DNA of 56,177 nucleotides. It comes from an uncultured Anaerolineaceae bacterium. Lineage in GTDB: Bacteria; Chloroflexota; Anaerolineae; Anaerolineales; Anaerolineaceae. The stretch is taken from assembly GCA_964496705.1 (NCBI GenBank), contig CAZCBJ010000002.1:1488-57664 (forward strand), given 5' to 3'. The translations under genes and the position numbers were made by a program. The notes under the pieces are model-generated. The model worked only from the letters and a program-made list of their open reading frames with translations. It did no database searches and was not told the DNA's origin. Shown here piece after piece: positions 8,789-17,595 of the stretch; position 1 is the stretch's first letter, and every line of letters starts with the position of its first letter.

Positions 8789-10599
8789 GGCTGACTGCCT
8801 TTCCCCTGCCTGAGCTGGCGCTGGTAAATATCGGCATACAGGGCAGATGACTGCAGCAATTGAGCATGAGTGCCGCGGGCGCTGATTGAGCCGCGGTCGA
8901 GGACCAGTATGCAGTCGGCGCGCATCACCGTGCTCAAGCGGTGGGCGATGACGAAGGTGGTGCGCCCGGTCATCAGCCGGTCCAACGCCTGTTGGATCAG
9001 TTCCTCGGTTTCCGAGTCCACGCTGGAGGTGGCATCATCCAACACCAGCAGGCGCGGGTTGGTCAGCAGCGCGCGGGCAATGGCGATGCGCTGTTTTTGC
9101 CCGCCCGAAAGGGTGATGCCGCGCTCGCCGACCATCGTATCGTAGCCCTTGGCGGTCTGCATGATGAATTCGTGCGCTTGGGCTGTGCGGGCGGCAGCTT
9201 CGATCTCCTCCTGGCTGGCAGAGCTTGCCCCAAAGGCGATGTTTTCACGGATGCTGGCGGCGAACAGGGTGGTTTCCTGCAGAACGATGCCGATCTGGCT
9301 GCGCAGCGAGTGCAGGGTGGCGCGGCGGATGTCAAAGCCGTCGATGGTGATGCGCCCTTCCGTCGGGTCGTAGAAGCGCGGCAGCAGGTTGATGATGGTG
9401 GATTTTCCTGAGCCGGTCGGACCGACCAGCGCAATGATCTGGCCGGGCAGGGCTTCGAGATGGATGTGCTTGAGCACCTCGCGCCGCCGCCCGTAGGAGA
9501 AGGATACATCCTCAAAGCGGACATGTCCCTCAAATCGGGGCATTTCGATCGCATCGGGAGCTTCCTTCACCTCTGGAATGGTGTCGAGGATTTCAAATAC
9601 GCGTTCAGCGGCCACACTGGCCATGCTGATCGCAGGAATAATCATGCCCAGCAGGCGCACCGGGTTGAGCAGCTGCCCCAGGTAGGTGGTGAAGGCGACC
9701 AGCTCGCCGATGGTCAGCTCACCGCGCATGACCATCATCCCGCCGTAGTACAGGATGAACACCGAAGCCAGGTTGGCAATCAAAGACAGCATCGAGCTGC
9801 CGGTGGCCTGGACGCGGGCGGAGCGGGCGCTCATTTCATACCAGCGTTCGTTTTCACTTTCGAAGCGGGCAATTTCAGCTTCTTCCTGGGCGAAGGCTTT
9901 GACCACCCGCGCTCCGCGCAGGCTCTGTTCCACCCGCGTGGTCAATACGCCGAGTTGCTTTTGGATGGCGGCGCTGAGCGGGCGGAAATGCTTTCCAAAT
10001 TGGATGGCGCGCCAGGCGAGGATGGGCATGGCGGCCACGCCCAGCAGCGCCAGCCGCGGGTTCATCCAGATCAGCACCACGGCGGTGATCAGCATCATCA
10101 CCGTGCTGTCGAGGACGCGGATGGTGGCGCGCCCGGTGAGGAAGCGGATGCGCTCGACATCCTGGATGGCGCGCGAGAGGATGTCGCCCGCCTGGCTGTG
10201 ATCGTGGAAGGAGAAAGAGAGCAGGGTCAGCTTTTTTTGTAATTCACCGCGCAGGTCGGCGGCAACGTTCTGTGAGGCCGTCTCGCTCCAGCGACCCTGA
10301 AAAAAGGTGACCACGCCGCGCAACACGGTCAACCCGAGCAGTCCGATCACGCTCCAATTGAGCAGGCGCAGGTCGGCTTTGCCGATGCCCTGGTCAATGA
10401 TATGGCGGATCAACTGCGGCGTGGCCATGTTGATCAAGGTGACGCACAACATGCACAGGTAGGCACCCAGGGTCAGGTACCAGTAGGGGCGCAGGTAGCT
10501 GTAGCAGCGCATCAAGACGCCCGCCGAGGGGCGTTGAAGCTGTGCGGCCTTTTGTTCAGACGACCGGATCAGATGATCGAGAAAACCGATACGACGCAT
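8785..10599 (-). CDS. ABC exporter, fused permease/ATPase (heterodimer partner)
   Basis: Walker A GPTGSGKST, signature LSGGQKQR, Walker B LLVLDDATS. Translationally coupled to 6953..8788. Confidence 0.9.
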   Translation of the reverse strand: MRRIGFLDHLIRSSEQKAAQLQRPSAGVLMRCYSYLRPYWYLTLGAYLCMLCVTLINMATPQLIRHIIDQGIGKADLRLLNWSVIGLLGLTVLRGVVTFFQGRWSETASQNVAADLRGELQKKLTLLSFSFHDHSQAGDILSRAIQDVERIRFLTGRATIRVLDSTVMMLITAVVLIWMNPRLALLGVAAMPILAWRAIQFGKHFRPLSAAIQKQLGVLTTRVEQSLRGARVVKAFAQEEAEIARFESENERWYEMSARSARVQATGSSMLSLIANLASVFILYYGGMMVMRGELTIGELVAFTTYLGQLLNPVRLLGMIIPAISMASVAAERVFEILDTIPEVKEAPDAIEMPRFEGHVRFEDVSFSYGRRREVLKHIHLEALPGQIIALVGPTGSGKSTIINLLPRFYDPTEGRITIDGFDIRRATLHSLRSQIGIVLQETTLFAASIRENIAFGASSASQEEIEAAARTAQAHEFIMQTAKGYDTMVGERGITLSGGQKQRIAIARALLTNPRLLVLDDATSSVDSETEELIQQALDRLMTGRTTFVIAHRLSTVMRADCILVLDRGSISARGTHAQLLQSSALYADIYQRQLRQGKGSQP

Positions 10600-10705
10600 T
10601 GGTCAGTCGAGGGGGGAAAAAGGATCAGGCAGAAAGCCTGAAATGAGTATAACAGAAACAACCTGTCAGGCAGGCTTTTCCATGCAGATGATGACAAACG
10701 TTAGA

Positions 10706-12703
10706 TTAAAAAGATTGTTTTTTCCGCGCGAGCCACACCACCAGAGCCACACCCAGCAAGCTGACCAGCAGGCCGAGGGGGACATCCCACGGGCGGTAGC
10801 GGAACTGGAAGGTGTGGACGCCGGCCGGGGCGGTGACCTGCAGCCAGCGGTTGGGCTGCAGCCGGGTAAAGCGCCCATCCATCCAGCCAACCCACCCGTC
10901 GAACGAGTTTTCCTGGACGGTCAGCAGTCCGTCCTGGCTGGTCTGGCAGAACACGTCAATATGTCCGCCGTTCGCGCTGGCTTTACACGGCACCACCTGA
11001 CCATCGGTGGTGCTGACCGCGGCGTAATGGTTGTCGGGGTATTCGACCACGAACATCCCGTCCACCTCGCCGATATAACCGGGTTGGGTCTGAGATTCTT
11101 CGGTGCGGGTGACCTCGATGACAGGCTTGGGGTAATCGCGGTCTTTCCATACCCACGGGCGGTAGAGATGGGCGATTTTCATCCCGCTGCCCAGCGTGGA
11201 GGGCACCATCAGGTATTCGCCATAGGGCATGCCCACCCATTCAGCGCTTTCAGTTTTCAAAATGTCCACCACTTTTGGCGGCACGCCGTCGATCAAGCCC
11301 ATTAATGTCTGACTGAAGCGGTAAACCGGGGAGATGGATAGGATCAAGGGGATGGCAACCACGAACCAGGCGATGGAAATATGCCAGCCTCCGCCGGTCT
11401 CACTGGTGTAGCCGATTTTTGGCCAGTTCAGTTTGAGCAGCAGATCCGCGCTCCAGGCCGCCAACCCTAATATCAGGGGCACAGCCAGCCCGGCGATGAT
11501 CGGCGCGTTGCGGATATACATCACCTCGGGGATGTAGGTTTGCAGGAACTGCATGAAATCCTTGCTGCTGATCAAATACACCAGGCCGATGGTCAGCAGA
11601 AAGTAAAGCAGCAGCCTGCCCTTTTCGCGCGGCACCAATCGCAGCGCACCCAGCGCCAGTAGAATGGGGATCCAGCCGATGTAATTGATATAAATATAGG
11701 CTGAAATATCGGCGCCGAGCATTTTGGCCCGGTAGATACCGATCTCACGGATCACCAGATTGAGCGGTGAGTATTCCAGGGGCTGCAACTGGCTCAAATA
11801 AGGATCGCTGTCTTTGATCACGTTGGGCAGGAAATTCAGCAACGGCACCCAGAAGATGCCCACCAGCAATGCCGCCAGTCCCAGGGCGAGCAAGAAATCC
11901 TTCCACAGCGCTTTGGGCGAGCGGATATCCTGCAGATAAAATAATGCCAGGCCGGTGAGAAAGCCGCCGAAAAGGCCGATCTGGATATAACCTTGTCCCG
12001 CCAGCAGAGTCAAGGCGATCATCACAGCGGTCCACAGCATAGCGCTGCGCTTGCGGGTCAGGGCCAGCTCCAAAGCGGGGGCCAACACCAGCGAAGCTGA
12101 AGCGGTGGATAGCACCAGCATCAACCCGCCATTTTCCATGCGCCCGGCGAGATGTCCGCCCACCACAGCCAGCGCTGCCGCCCATATGCGCGGCATCCAG
12201 CCCAGGCCCATCACCCGCGCCAGCCACCACTGCGCCAGGCCTGCCATGAACAGGCTGACCACCAGGATGACTTTGGCGCCGTTGACCACCCCCCAGATGA
12301 GCGTGGTCACGATGACCAGCGGGTGCAGCACGGCGCCCTGCAATTCGGCGAAAGCCGGCGCGCCGCCGTTGGTGAAGCCGTTCCACAGGATGCACGTGCC
12401 GCATTTTCCCAGAAGCTGCCAGATATAGTGATACTGGGTGACCATTGGCACTTCATTGCCCAGCGGCAGGCGGTTGGGGTCAAAGTCAAACTGGTTGCGC
12501 CCGACGAACAAAGCCCAGGCGGCGATCAGGGCAACCTCAAACAGGGCGGCATAGGGAATTGTCTTGAAACGTGTCCTCTGGAAGAATCCGCTCAATGCAG
12601 CGCGCAGGCGGGCGAGTGGTTTGCGGGCTTGTTCTCGGGGGGCGCTGGACTCCATTCGATCTCCTCTATTTTTTGGGGTAATCTTAATTCTACACCCGAT
12701 CAA
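10706..12703 (-). CDS. Large polytopic membrane protein with extracytoplasmic C-terminal domain (GT-C/YfhO-like glycosyltransferase is a guess)
   Basis: 665 aa with more than 10 hydrophobic segments, followed by a ~180-aa soluble C-terminus and a final TM. No catalytic motif confidently recognised. Confidence 0.6.
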   Translation of the reverse strand: MIGCRIKITPKNRGDRMESSAPREQARKPLARLRAALSGFFQRTRFKTIPYAALFEVALIAAWALFVGRNQFDFDPNRLPLGNEVPMVTQYHYIWQLLGKCGTCILWNGFTNGGAPAFAELQGAVLHPLVIVTTLIWGVVNGAKVILVVSLFMAGLAQWWLARVMGLGWMPRIWAAALAVVGGHLAGRMENGGLMLVLSTASASLVLAPALELALTRKRSAMLWTAVMIALTLLAGQGYIQIGLFGGFLTGLALFYLQDIRSPKALWKDFLLALGLAALLVGIFWVPLLNFLPNVIKDSDPYLSQLQPLEYSPLNLVIREIGIYRAKMLGADISAYIYINYIGWIPILLALGALRLVPREKGRLLLYFLLTIGLVYLISSKDFMQFLQTYIPEVMYIRNAPIIAGLAVPLILGLAAWSADLLLKLNWPKIGYTSETGGGWHISIAWFVVAIPLILSISPVYRFSQTLMGLIDGVPPKVVDILKTESAEWVGMPYGEYLMVPSTLGSGMKIAHLYRPWVWKDRDYPKPVIEVTRTEESQTQPGYIGEVDGMFVVEYPDNHYAAVSTTDGQVVPCKASANGGHIDVFCQTSQDGLLTVQENSFDGWVGWMDGRFTRLQPNRWLQVTAPAGVHTFQFRYRPWDVPLGLLVSLLGVALVVWLARKKQSF

Positions 12704-12738
12704 TCATTCAGCCCATCTGATGCTTTTCGGAGTAGATC

Positions 12739-14331
12739 TTAGAGATATCTCAGCATGTATAAATCCCCCGATGTGAATCCGCGCGCGGCATAATATGTGC
12801 GGGTGCCGATGGCGGCGATGACCGCCAGGCGCTGAAAGCCCTTGGCGCGAGCTATCTCGACCGCCTTATCAATCAGACGCGAGCCCAGTCCGGCGTGCTG
12901 GGCCGCGCCGCTTTGTTCTTCGCCCACCGCCAGCGACTGCCCGAAGACATGCACTTCGCGGATGATCGCCGCGCCGGTCAGCTCTTCCAATCCGAAAGGG
13001 GCGGCGGGATGCTGGGGCAGCGAGAGGCGCAGATAACCGGCAATGCGGTCAGAGGGAGTGACGAAGGAGAGGAAATGCTCTTCGGCGTGGGCGGCGTGAT
13101 AACTGAGATCATCCAGGCACAAATCAGCCGCCGCGACCTTTTCGCCGCGCACCTCACGGCAGCGCACGCAGCGGCAGCGCTGTCCGCGGCGCGCAAGTTC
13201 TGCCAGCACGTCCTGGCGCAGGCTGGTGCGCTTGTTGCCGGCCACCACATGCTGCGAGCCGATGTCGCGGATGACGCGGTTGATCCGGCAGTAAGGCGGG
13301 ATGGACGGCTTGAGGTCGGCGATCAGGCCGATCAACTCATCGGTGGTGTAGGGTTGGTACTCGCCGCGCCGCCAGAAATGGTATAGTTCTGCGCTCTCCA
13401 GTAGCTGGGTGGGATAGATCTTGATCTCATCCGGACAGTAGCCTTCCTGCCACAGGCGGGCGAAATCCTGGCGGTCGGATTCCAGGCTGGCGCCCAGCAG
13501 GTTGGGCATCCAGTGCAGCACGATCTTGAACCCCGCCCGGCGCAGCAGCGCGCAGGCTTGCAGCGTTTCTGCGGCGGTGTGCCCGCGTTTGTTCTGCTCC
13601 AGAATGTGGTCGTTCAGCGACTGCGCGCCCAACTGCACCTTGGTGACTCCCAGGCGGCGCATGCGCACCAGCTCAGCCGGGGTGACCCAATCGGGGCGGG
13701 TTTCAACCACCAGCCCCACGTTGCGGTGCGCTCCGTTCTCGTTGCGCGCCTGGGCTGCTTGCAGCGTGGATGAATCGACCTCGTTCAGCGCATCGAAACA
13801 GCGGCGCATGAACCATTCCTGGTATTCCGGCGAATAAACGCTCCATGTTCCGCCCAAGATGAGCAATTCGATCTTATCGGTGGGATGTCCAACCGCGGCG
13901 TAGGCTTCCAGCCGCGATTTGACCTGCATGTAGGGATCGAAGTTGTTTTGAAAGGCGCGCGCCGCACCCGGTTCATCTTTTAGATAGGATTTGGGCATGC
14001 GCGCTTCAGTGGGACAGAAGACGCATTCGCCCGGGCAGGCGCACGGCCCGGTCAGCACAGTCACGGTGGTCACACCCGAAAGCGTGCGCACCGGCTTCAT
14101 GCGGATGCGCGCGAGCAGAGCGGGGTCAGGCGTCCATTCGCCCGATTCCACCAGCCGGCGGTAGGCTGCCACCAACACGTGCTTGCCCACGTACCCGCCG
14201 CCCGGCAGCGGATGGCGGCGCACGGCTTGGAAGGGATCAACGCCGGCGCGCACCTCCTCCAGCACGCGGCGCGCGGCAGCCAGCATATCGGCGGAATATT
14301 GGCGGGATTTGAGCCATTCGTCAGTATTCAT
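12739..14331 (-). CDS. elp3: Elp3-family radical SAM/GNAT enzyme (tRNA U34 carboxymethyl modification type)
   Basis: 530 aa. Radical-SAM Cys cluster CACPGECVFCP in the N-terminal half. C-terminal GNAT with REVHVFGQS...AQHAGLGSRLIDKAVEIA...AVIAAIGTRTYYAARGF...YMLRYL, which matches the Elp3 C-terminal consensus. Confidence 0.85.
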   Translation of the reverse strand: MNTDEWLKSRQYSADMLAAARRVLEEVRAGVDPFQAVRRHPLPGGGYVGKHVLVAAYRRLVESGEWTPDPALLARIRMKPVRTLSGVTTVTVLTGPCACPGECVFCPTEARMPKSYLKDEPGAARAFQNNFDPYMQVKSRLEAYAAVGHPTDKIELLILGGTWSVYSPEYQEWFMRRCFDALNEVDSSTLQAAQARNENGAHRNVGLVVETRPDWVTPAELVRMRRLGVTKVQLGAQSLNDHILEQNKRGHTAAETLQACALLRRAGFKIVLHWMPNLLGASLESDRQDFARLWQEGYCPDEIKIYPTQLLESAELYHFWRRGEYQPYTTDELIGLIADLKPSIPPYCRINRVIRDIGSQHVVAGNKRTSLRQDVLAELARRGQRCRCVRCREVRGEKVAAADLCLDDLSYHAAHAEEHFLSFVTPSDRIAGYLRLSLPQHPAAPFGLEELTGAAIIREVHVFGQSLAVGEEQSGAAQHAGLGSRLIDKAVEIARAKGFQRLAVIAAIGTRTYYAARGFTSGDLYMLRYL

Positions 14332-14414
14332 AAGATGATTGTGCAGCGCGTAGCTTGAGTTGGGCGGCTTTTGGCCCGGTTCAGGAGATGGTTTTTCAGC
14401 ATGGTTAATTTATA

Positions 14415-15161
14415 ATGGGTTGCATGCGTCCTGAAATTGTCTCAGCGCTTCTTTCCGTTAATAATGAATTCTACCAAACATTCGGCCCGGCGTTCGCAGC
14501 CACCCGGCGGCGCATCCAGCCGGGTGTGCGGCGCATCCTGGACAGCCTGCCAGCCGGCGGGGATTGGCTGGACCTGGGTTGCGGATCGGGGGCGTTGGCG
14601 GTTGAATGGCTCAAAGCAGGGAAGGGCGGCAGGTACACCGGACTGGATTTCAGCCAGCCTTTGCTGACCGAAGCGCGCAGGGCGGCCAGCGGCGCAGGAA
14701 TTGAGTTCCTGGCAGCCGACCTGTCTGCGCCGGATTGGGATGCCCCTCTGGCAGGGCGCAAATTCGATGGGGCGCTGGCTTTTGCGGTGCTGCACCACCT
14801 GCCGGGGGAGGCGCTGCGCCGGCAGGTGGCGGTTAAAGTGCGCAGCTTGTTAAAACCGGGCGGCTGGTTCATCCACTCAGAATGGCAGTTCCAGCATTCG
14901 GCGCGGCTGATGGCGCGCGTCCAGCCCTGGGAGCGCATCGGGCTGCGCGGGGAGGATGTCGAGCCGGGCGACACGCTGCTCGACTGGCGCTTTGCGCTGC
15001 CCGGGCAGAGCGAACAAAGCGGATTGCGCTATGTGCACCTCTTCAACCGCGAGGAGCTGGCCCGGCTGGCAGCCGCAGCAGGATTCACCATTCAGGATGA
15101 ATTTGAATCGGACGGAGAGGGTGGACGGCTGGGTTTGTATCAACGCTGGCGGCGCGAATAA
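14415..15161 (+). CDS. Class I SAM-dependent methyltransferase, Trm9-like
   Basis: Four blocks align by eye with yeast Trm9: FGPAFAATRRRIQPGV (vs IAPHFSQTRYKPWPIV), DLGCGSG, FDGALAFAVLHHLP...LLKPGG (vs FDFAISIAVVHHWS...LRQGG) and LRYVHLFNREELARLAAAAGF (vs YRYYHLYREGELAEDCRQAG). An alternative start is the ATG at 14424. Confidence 0.7.
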   Translation: MGCMRPEIVSALLSVNNEFYQTFGPAFAATRRRIQPGVRRILDSLPAGGDWLDLGCGSGALAVEWLKAGKGGRYTGLDFSQPLLTEARRAASGAGIEFLAADLSAPDWDAPLAGRKFDGALAFAVLHHLPGEALRRQVAVKVRSLLKPGGWFIHSEWQFQHSARLMARVQPWERIGLRGEDVEPGDTLLDWRFALPGQSEQSGLRYVHLFNREELARLAAAAGFTIQDEFESDGEGGRLGLYQRWRRE

Positions 15162-15176
15162 CCAACCCGGAGAGGA

Positions 15177-15458
15177 TCAGGGTCCGCTCAGGATTTCAAT
15201 ATCATCCACGGCCACACTGCCCACCGTGACCAGCACGATCTGCTGGAATTGTGTGTTGCCGACCCGGTCAGGATAGTTTCCGACAGCCTCTTCATTGACA
15301 AACAACGTCCACTGACCGCCAGTGCGCGCGGCGCGCACCCGGTAGTTCTGGTTGCGGGCTGGTTTGGTGGGGGCGATGATCATCTCATCGGTGTGTTTAT
15401 AAGAAATAAAAACTTGATATCCCGCGGTCATGGGCGATATTATAATCCTGACAACCAT
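15177..15458 (-). CDS. Short ORF resembling the C-terminal half of a concanavalin/LamG-like beta-sandwich; possibly a gene fragment
   Basis: 93 aa ending ...GGQWTLFVNEEAVGNYPDRVG...VLVTVGSVAVDDIEILSGP, a typical last-strand pattern of LamG/DUF1080-type domains. Too short for a full domain. Confidence 0.3.
   Translation of the reverse strand: MVVRIIISPMTAGYQVFISYKHTDEMIIAPTKPARNQNYRVRAARTGGQWTLFVNEEAVGNYPDRVGNTQFQQIVLVTVGSVAVDDIEILSGP
15414..15443 (+). promoter_or_regulatory. Candidate sigma70-type promoter for mgtC (TTGATA-18 nt-TATTAT)
   Basis: TTGATA at 15414-15419 and TATTAT at 15438-15443, about 50 nt upstream of the mgtC ATG. The AGGAGG RBS is at 15484-15489. Confidence 0.35.
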
Positions 15459-15494
15459 TATAGATTAAACTTGGTTATCGCAAGGAGGTGTCGG

Positions 15495-16163
15495 ATGGTC
15501 TCTGAATTTGAAATTCTATTGCGCGTGCTGATCGCCGCTGCGCTGGGCGGATTGGTGGGTTGGGAGCGTGAATTGCAGAACCACCCCGCCGGGCTGCGCA
15601 CCCATATCATCCTGGTGGTGGGTGCCTCACTGGCCGCCGCGCTGTCCATCAATCTTTCCATGCTGTTCCGCCCGTCTGGCTCGGGCGGCGACCCCGCCCG
15701 CCTGGCCGCGCAGGTGATCACCGGGGTGGGCTTCCTGGGGGCGGGCGCGATCCTGCGGGATGGGGTCACGGTCAAGGGCCTCACCACTGCCGCTTCTTTA
15801 TGGACGATGGCGGTGGTGGGATTAGCGGTGGGAACCGGCTATTACTTTGTCGGCGCAGGGGTTACCTTGCTGCTGCTGGTGGTGCTGACCGTTTTAACCT
15901 GGTTTGAGAAACGCTTCACCCGTCCGCTGATCAGCTTTTCGGTCGTGTTGAATGCGGTGGACCGCAAGAACCTGGTCGAAGAGGTGCAGCATGTACTGAC
16001 CAGCGGGAATCGCACGCTCACCTCGCTTTCCATCCGGCGCGACCTTCAAGACAAAGATATCCGTCTGGAAGTCAGTGTGGACACCCGCGATGCAGCTTCG
16101 CTGACCCGCATCACCGATGAGCTTTCCACCATCAAAGGGGTTAGAAGCGTTAAGGTCGGCTGA
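15495..16163 (+). CDS. mgtC: MgtC/SapB family protein
   Basis: MVSEFEILLRVLIAAALGGLVGWERE...GLRTHILV...TGVGFLGAGAIL...VKGLTTAASLW is the MgtC signature. The ATG at 15495 with an AGGAGG RBS is preferred over the track start at 15249. Confidence 0.85.
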   Translation: MVSEFEILLRVLIAAALGGLVGWERELQNHPAGLRTHIILVVGASLAAALSINLSMLFRPSGSGGDPARLAAQVITGVGFLGAGAILRDGVTVKGLTTAASLWTMAVVGLAVGTGYYFVGAGVTLLLLVVLTVLTWFEKRFTRPLISFSVVLNAVDRKNLVEEVQHVLTSGNRTLTSLSIRRDLQDKDIRLEVSVDTRDAASLTRITDELSTIKGVRSVKVG

Positions 16164-16164
16164 T

Positions 16165-17592
16165 ATGTCAAGGCTGCTGATTCTCGATATCGATGGTCTG
16201 CGTCAGGATGTATTTCACCGTGCGCTGGCGGAGGGGATGATCCCGCATCTCTCGGCGCTGCTCGGCAATCGACCGCTGCACCTTGACCCGCTCAGCACTG
16301 CGCCCTCGATCACTTTTTGCGCCCAGACAACCATTTTCACCGGTGAGCATCCCGACCGGCACGGCGTGCCTGGCAACCAGTTCTTCGACCGTTTCCTGCC
16401 GCGCTTTTATGCCTTCGATATCGGCGATCAACTGGCTGTGAACGATGCGGTGGCGGTGTTCAGCCCTCCGCCGGGTCTGTTGGACCGCGTGATTGCTGCG
16501 GGCGTGCCAACGCTGTACGAGCTGGCGGCGGCCCGCGGGGTGCAATCGCTGGTAGCTAACCACATGATCGCGCGCGGAGCCAACCGCACCCTGCGCCCGG
16601 GTTTGGTGGAGCTGGCGCGCTTTGTCAAAGGCGGCAGCCTGGCGGGCATATCAGCCGGCGATTTCGACGACCGCATGGTGTCCGCGCTCAGCGCTGCGCT
16701 GCGCCAGGGTGCCAGCCCCGGGGTGATCACCGCCTATTTCATGGGGCTGGATCACCAATCACATTCCCATGGACCCGCTGTGCAGATGGCCTACCTGAGC
16801 GGGGTGGTGGACGGGCAAGTGGGGCGAATGCGCCAGACCCTGGCCGACTTGGGCTGGTTGAATGATCTGCTGGTCGTGGTTGTTTCTGACCACGGCAGCG
16901 TGGCGGTCATTGCGGATGACGCGCATTCACTGCGCCTGGGATTTCCTTTCGACCGCGAGATGGGTTACCTGTTTGATGCGCTGGGCCTGGATGTTCACGA
17001 TTACCCCGGCGAAGGGCCGGATTGCAGCGCGGTGGTGGCCTGCAACGGCGGCCTGGCGCAGGTTTATCTGCGGCGGGAGCAGGCGCCCTGGGCAAGCCCG
17101 GCTGATTTTGCTGAAGTGTGCCGCGTGGCGCAGGCATTCTGGCAGGCAAACCTGGACGGCAGTCATGCGCCCGATCTGAAAGGCTCAATTTCCGCGGTGT
17201 TGGTGCGGGATGTTGAGAGCCAGGGCTGGCAGGCGAATTACCTGGCATTCACCCCGCAAGGTTTGCAGCCGCTGGCCGAGTATTTTTCCGATCATCCAGA
17301 GATTGCCGCGCTGGATGGCGTTGAGCGGTTGGAACACCTGGCCGGCCCGCACAGCGGGGATGTGCTGCTGCTGGCAAACATACCGCAAGGGTATTATTTC
17401 GGCCCGCCCATGCCGGGGGTGCACGGCGGATTGCACCCGGATGAGTCGCTGGCGGTGCTCAGTTTTGGCTTCCCAATCAGCCAGCCGACCGCCCGCAAAA
17501 AGCTGCAGCGCCTGGTTCGTGCGCAGGTCGCAGGTCGCCGGGCGACGCTGGCGGATATGCTGCCCATCCTGCGCCGGTTCAACGGCTGGTAG
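16165..17592 (+). CDS. Alkaline-phosphatase-superfamily enzyme (type I phosphodiesterase / nucleotide pyrophosphatase-like)
   Basis: MSRLLILDIDGLRQDVF... then FMGLDHQSHSHGP and VVVSDHGS metal-ligand motifs. The ATG at 16165 lies 1 nt after the mgtC stop (TGAtATG). Confidence 0.75.
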   Translation: MSRLLILDIDGLRQDVFHRALAEGMIPHLSALLGNRPLHLDPLSTAPSITFCAQTTIFTGEHPDRHGVPGNQFFDRFLPRFYAFDIGDQLAVNDAVAVFSPPPGLLDRVIAAGVPTLYELAAARGVQSLVANHMIARGANRTLRPGLVELARFVKGGSLAGISAGDFDDRMVSALSAALRQGASPGVITAYFMGLDHQSHSHGPAVQMAYLSGVVDGQVGRMRQTLADLGWLNDLLVVVVSDHGSVAVIADDAHSLRLGFPFDREMGYLFDALGLDVHDYPGEGPDCSAVVACNGGLAQVYLRREQAPWASPADFAEVCRVAQAFWQANLDGSHAPDLKGSISAVLVRDVESQGWQANYLAFTPQGLQPLAEYFSDHPEIAALDGVERLEHLAGPHSGDVLLLANIPQGYYFGPPMPGVHGGLHPDESLAVLSFGFPISQPTARKKLQRLVRAQVAGRRATLADMLPILRRFNGW

Positions 17593-17595
17593 GGT

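Noticed and set aside
14411-14426. TATAAT at 14411-14416 implying a leaderless Trm9-like mRNA starting at the ATG at 14424
   Set aside because: No acceptable -35 element lies at the right spacing and there is no independent support. It is kept only as an alternative start-codon note.
15162-15494. Possible M-box (Mg2+) riboswitch upstream of mgtC
   Set aside because: I could not find the conserved M-box core sequences or a long structured leader. The best promoter candidate leaves only a ~50-nt leader.
15249-15494. Long N-terminal extension of the MgtC ORF (track start 15249)
   Set aside because: The extension overlaps the opposite-strand ORF/promoter region and is not MgtC-like. The ATG at 15495 has a perfect AGGAGG RBS, and homologs begin at this point. 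The same logic applies to the track starts 16117, 18239, 24190, 39362, 40431 and 55231.
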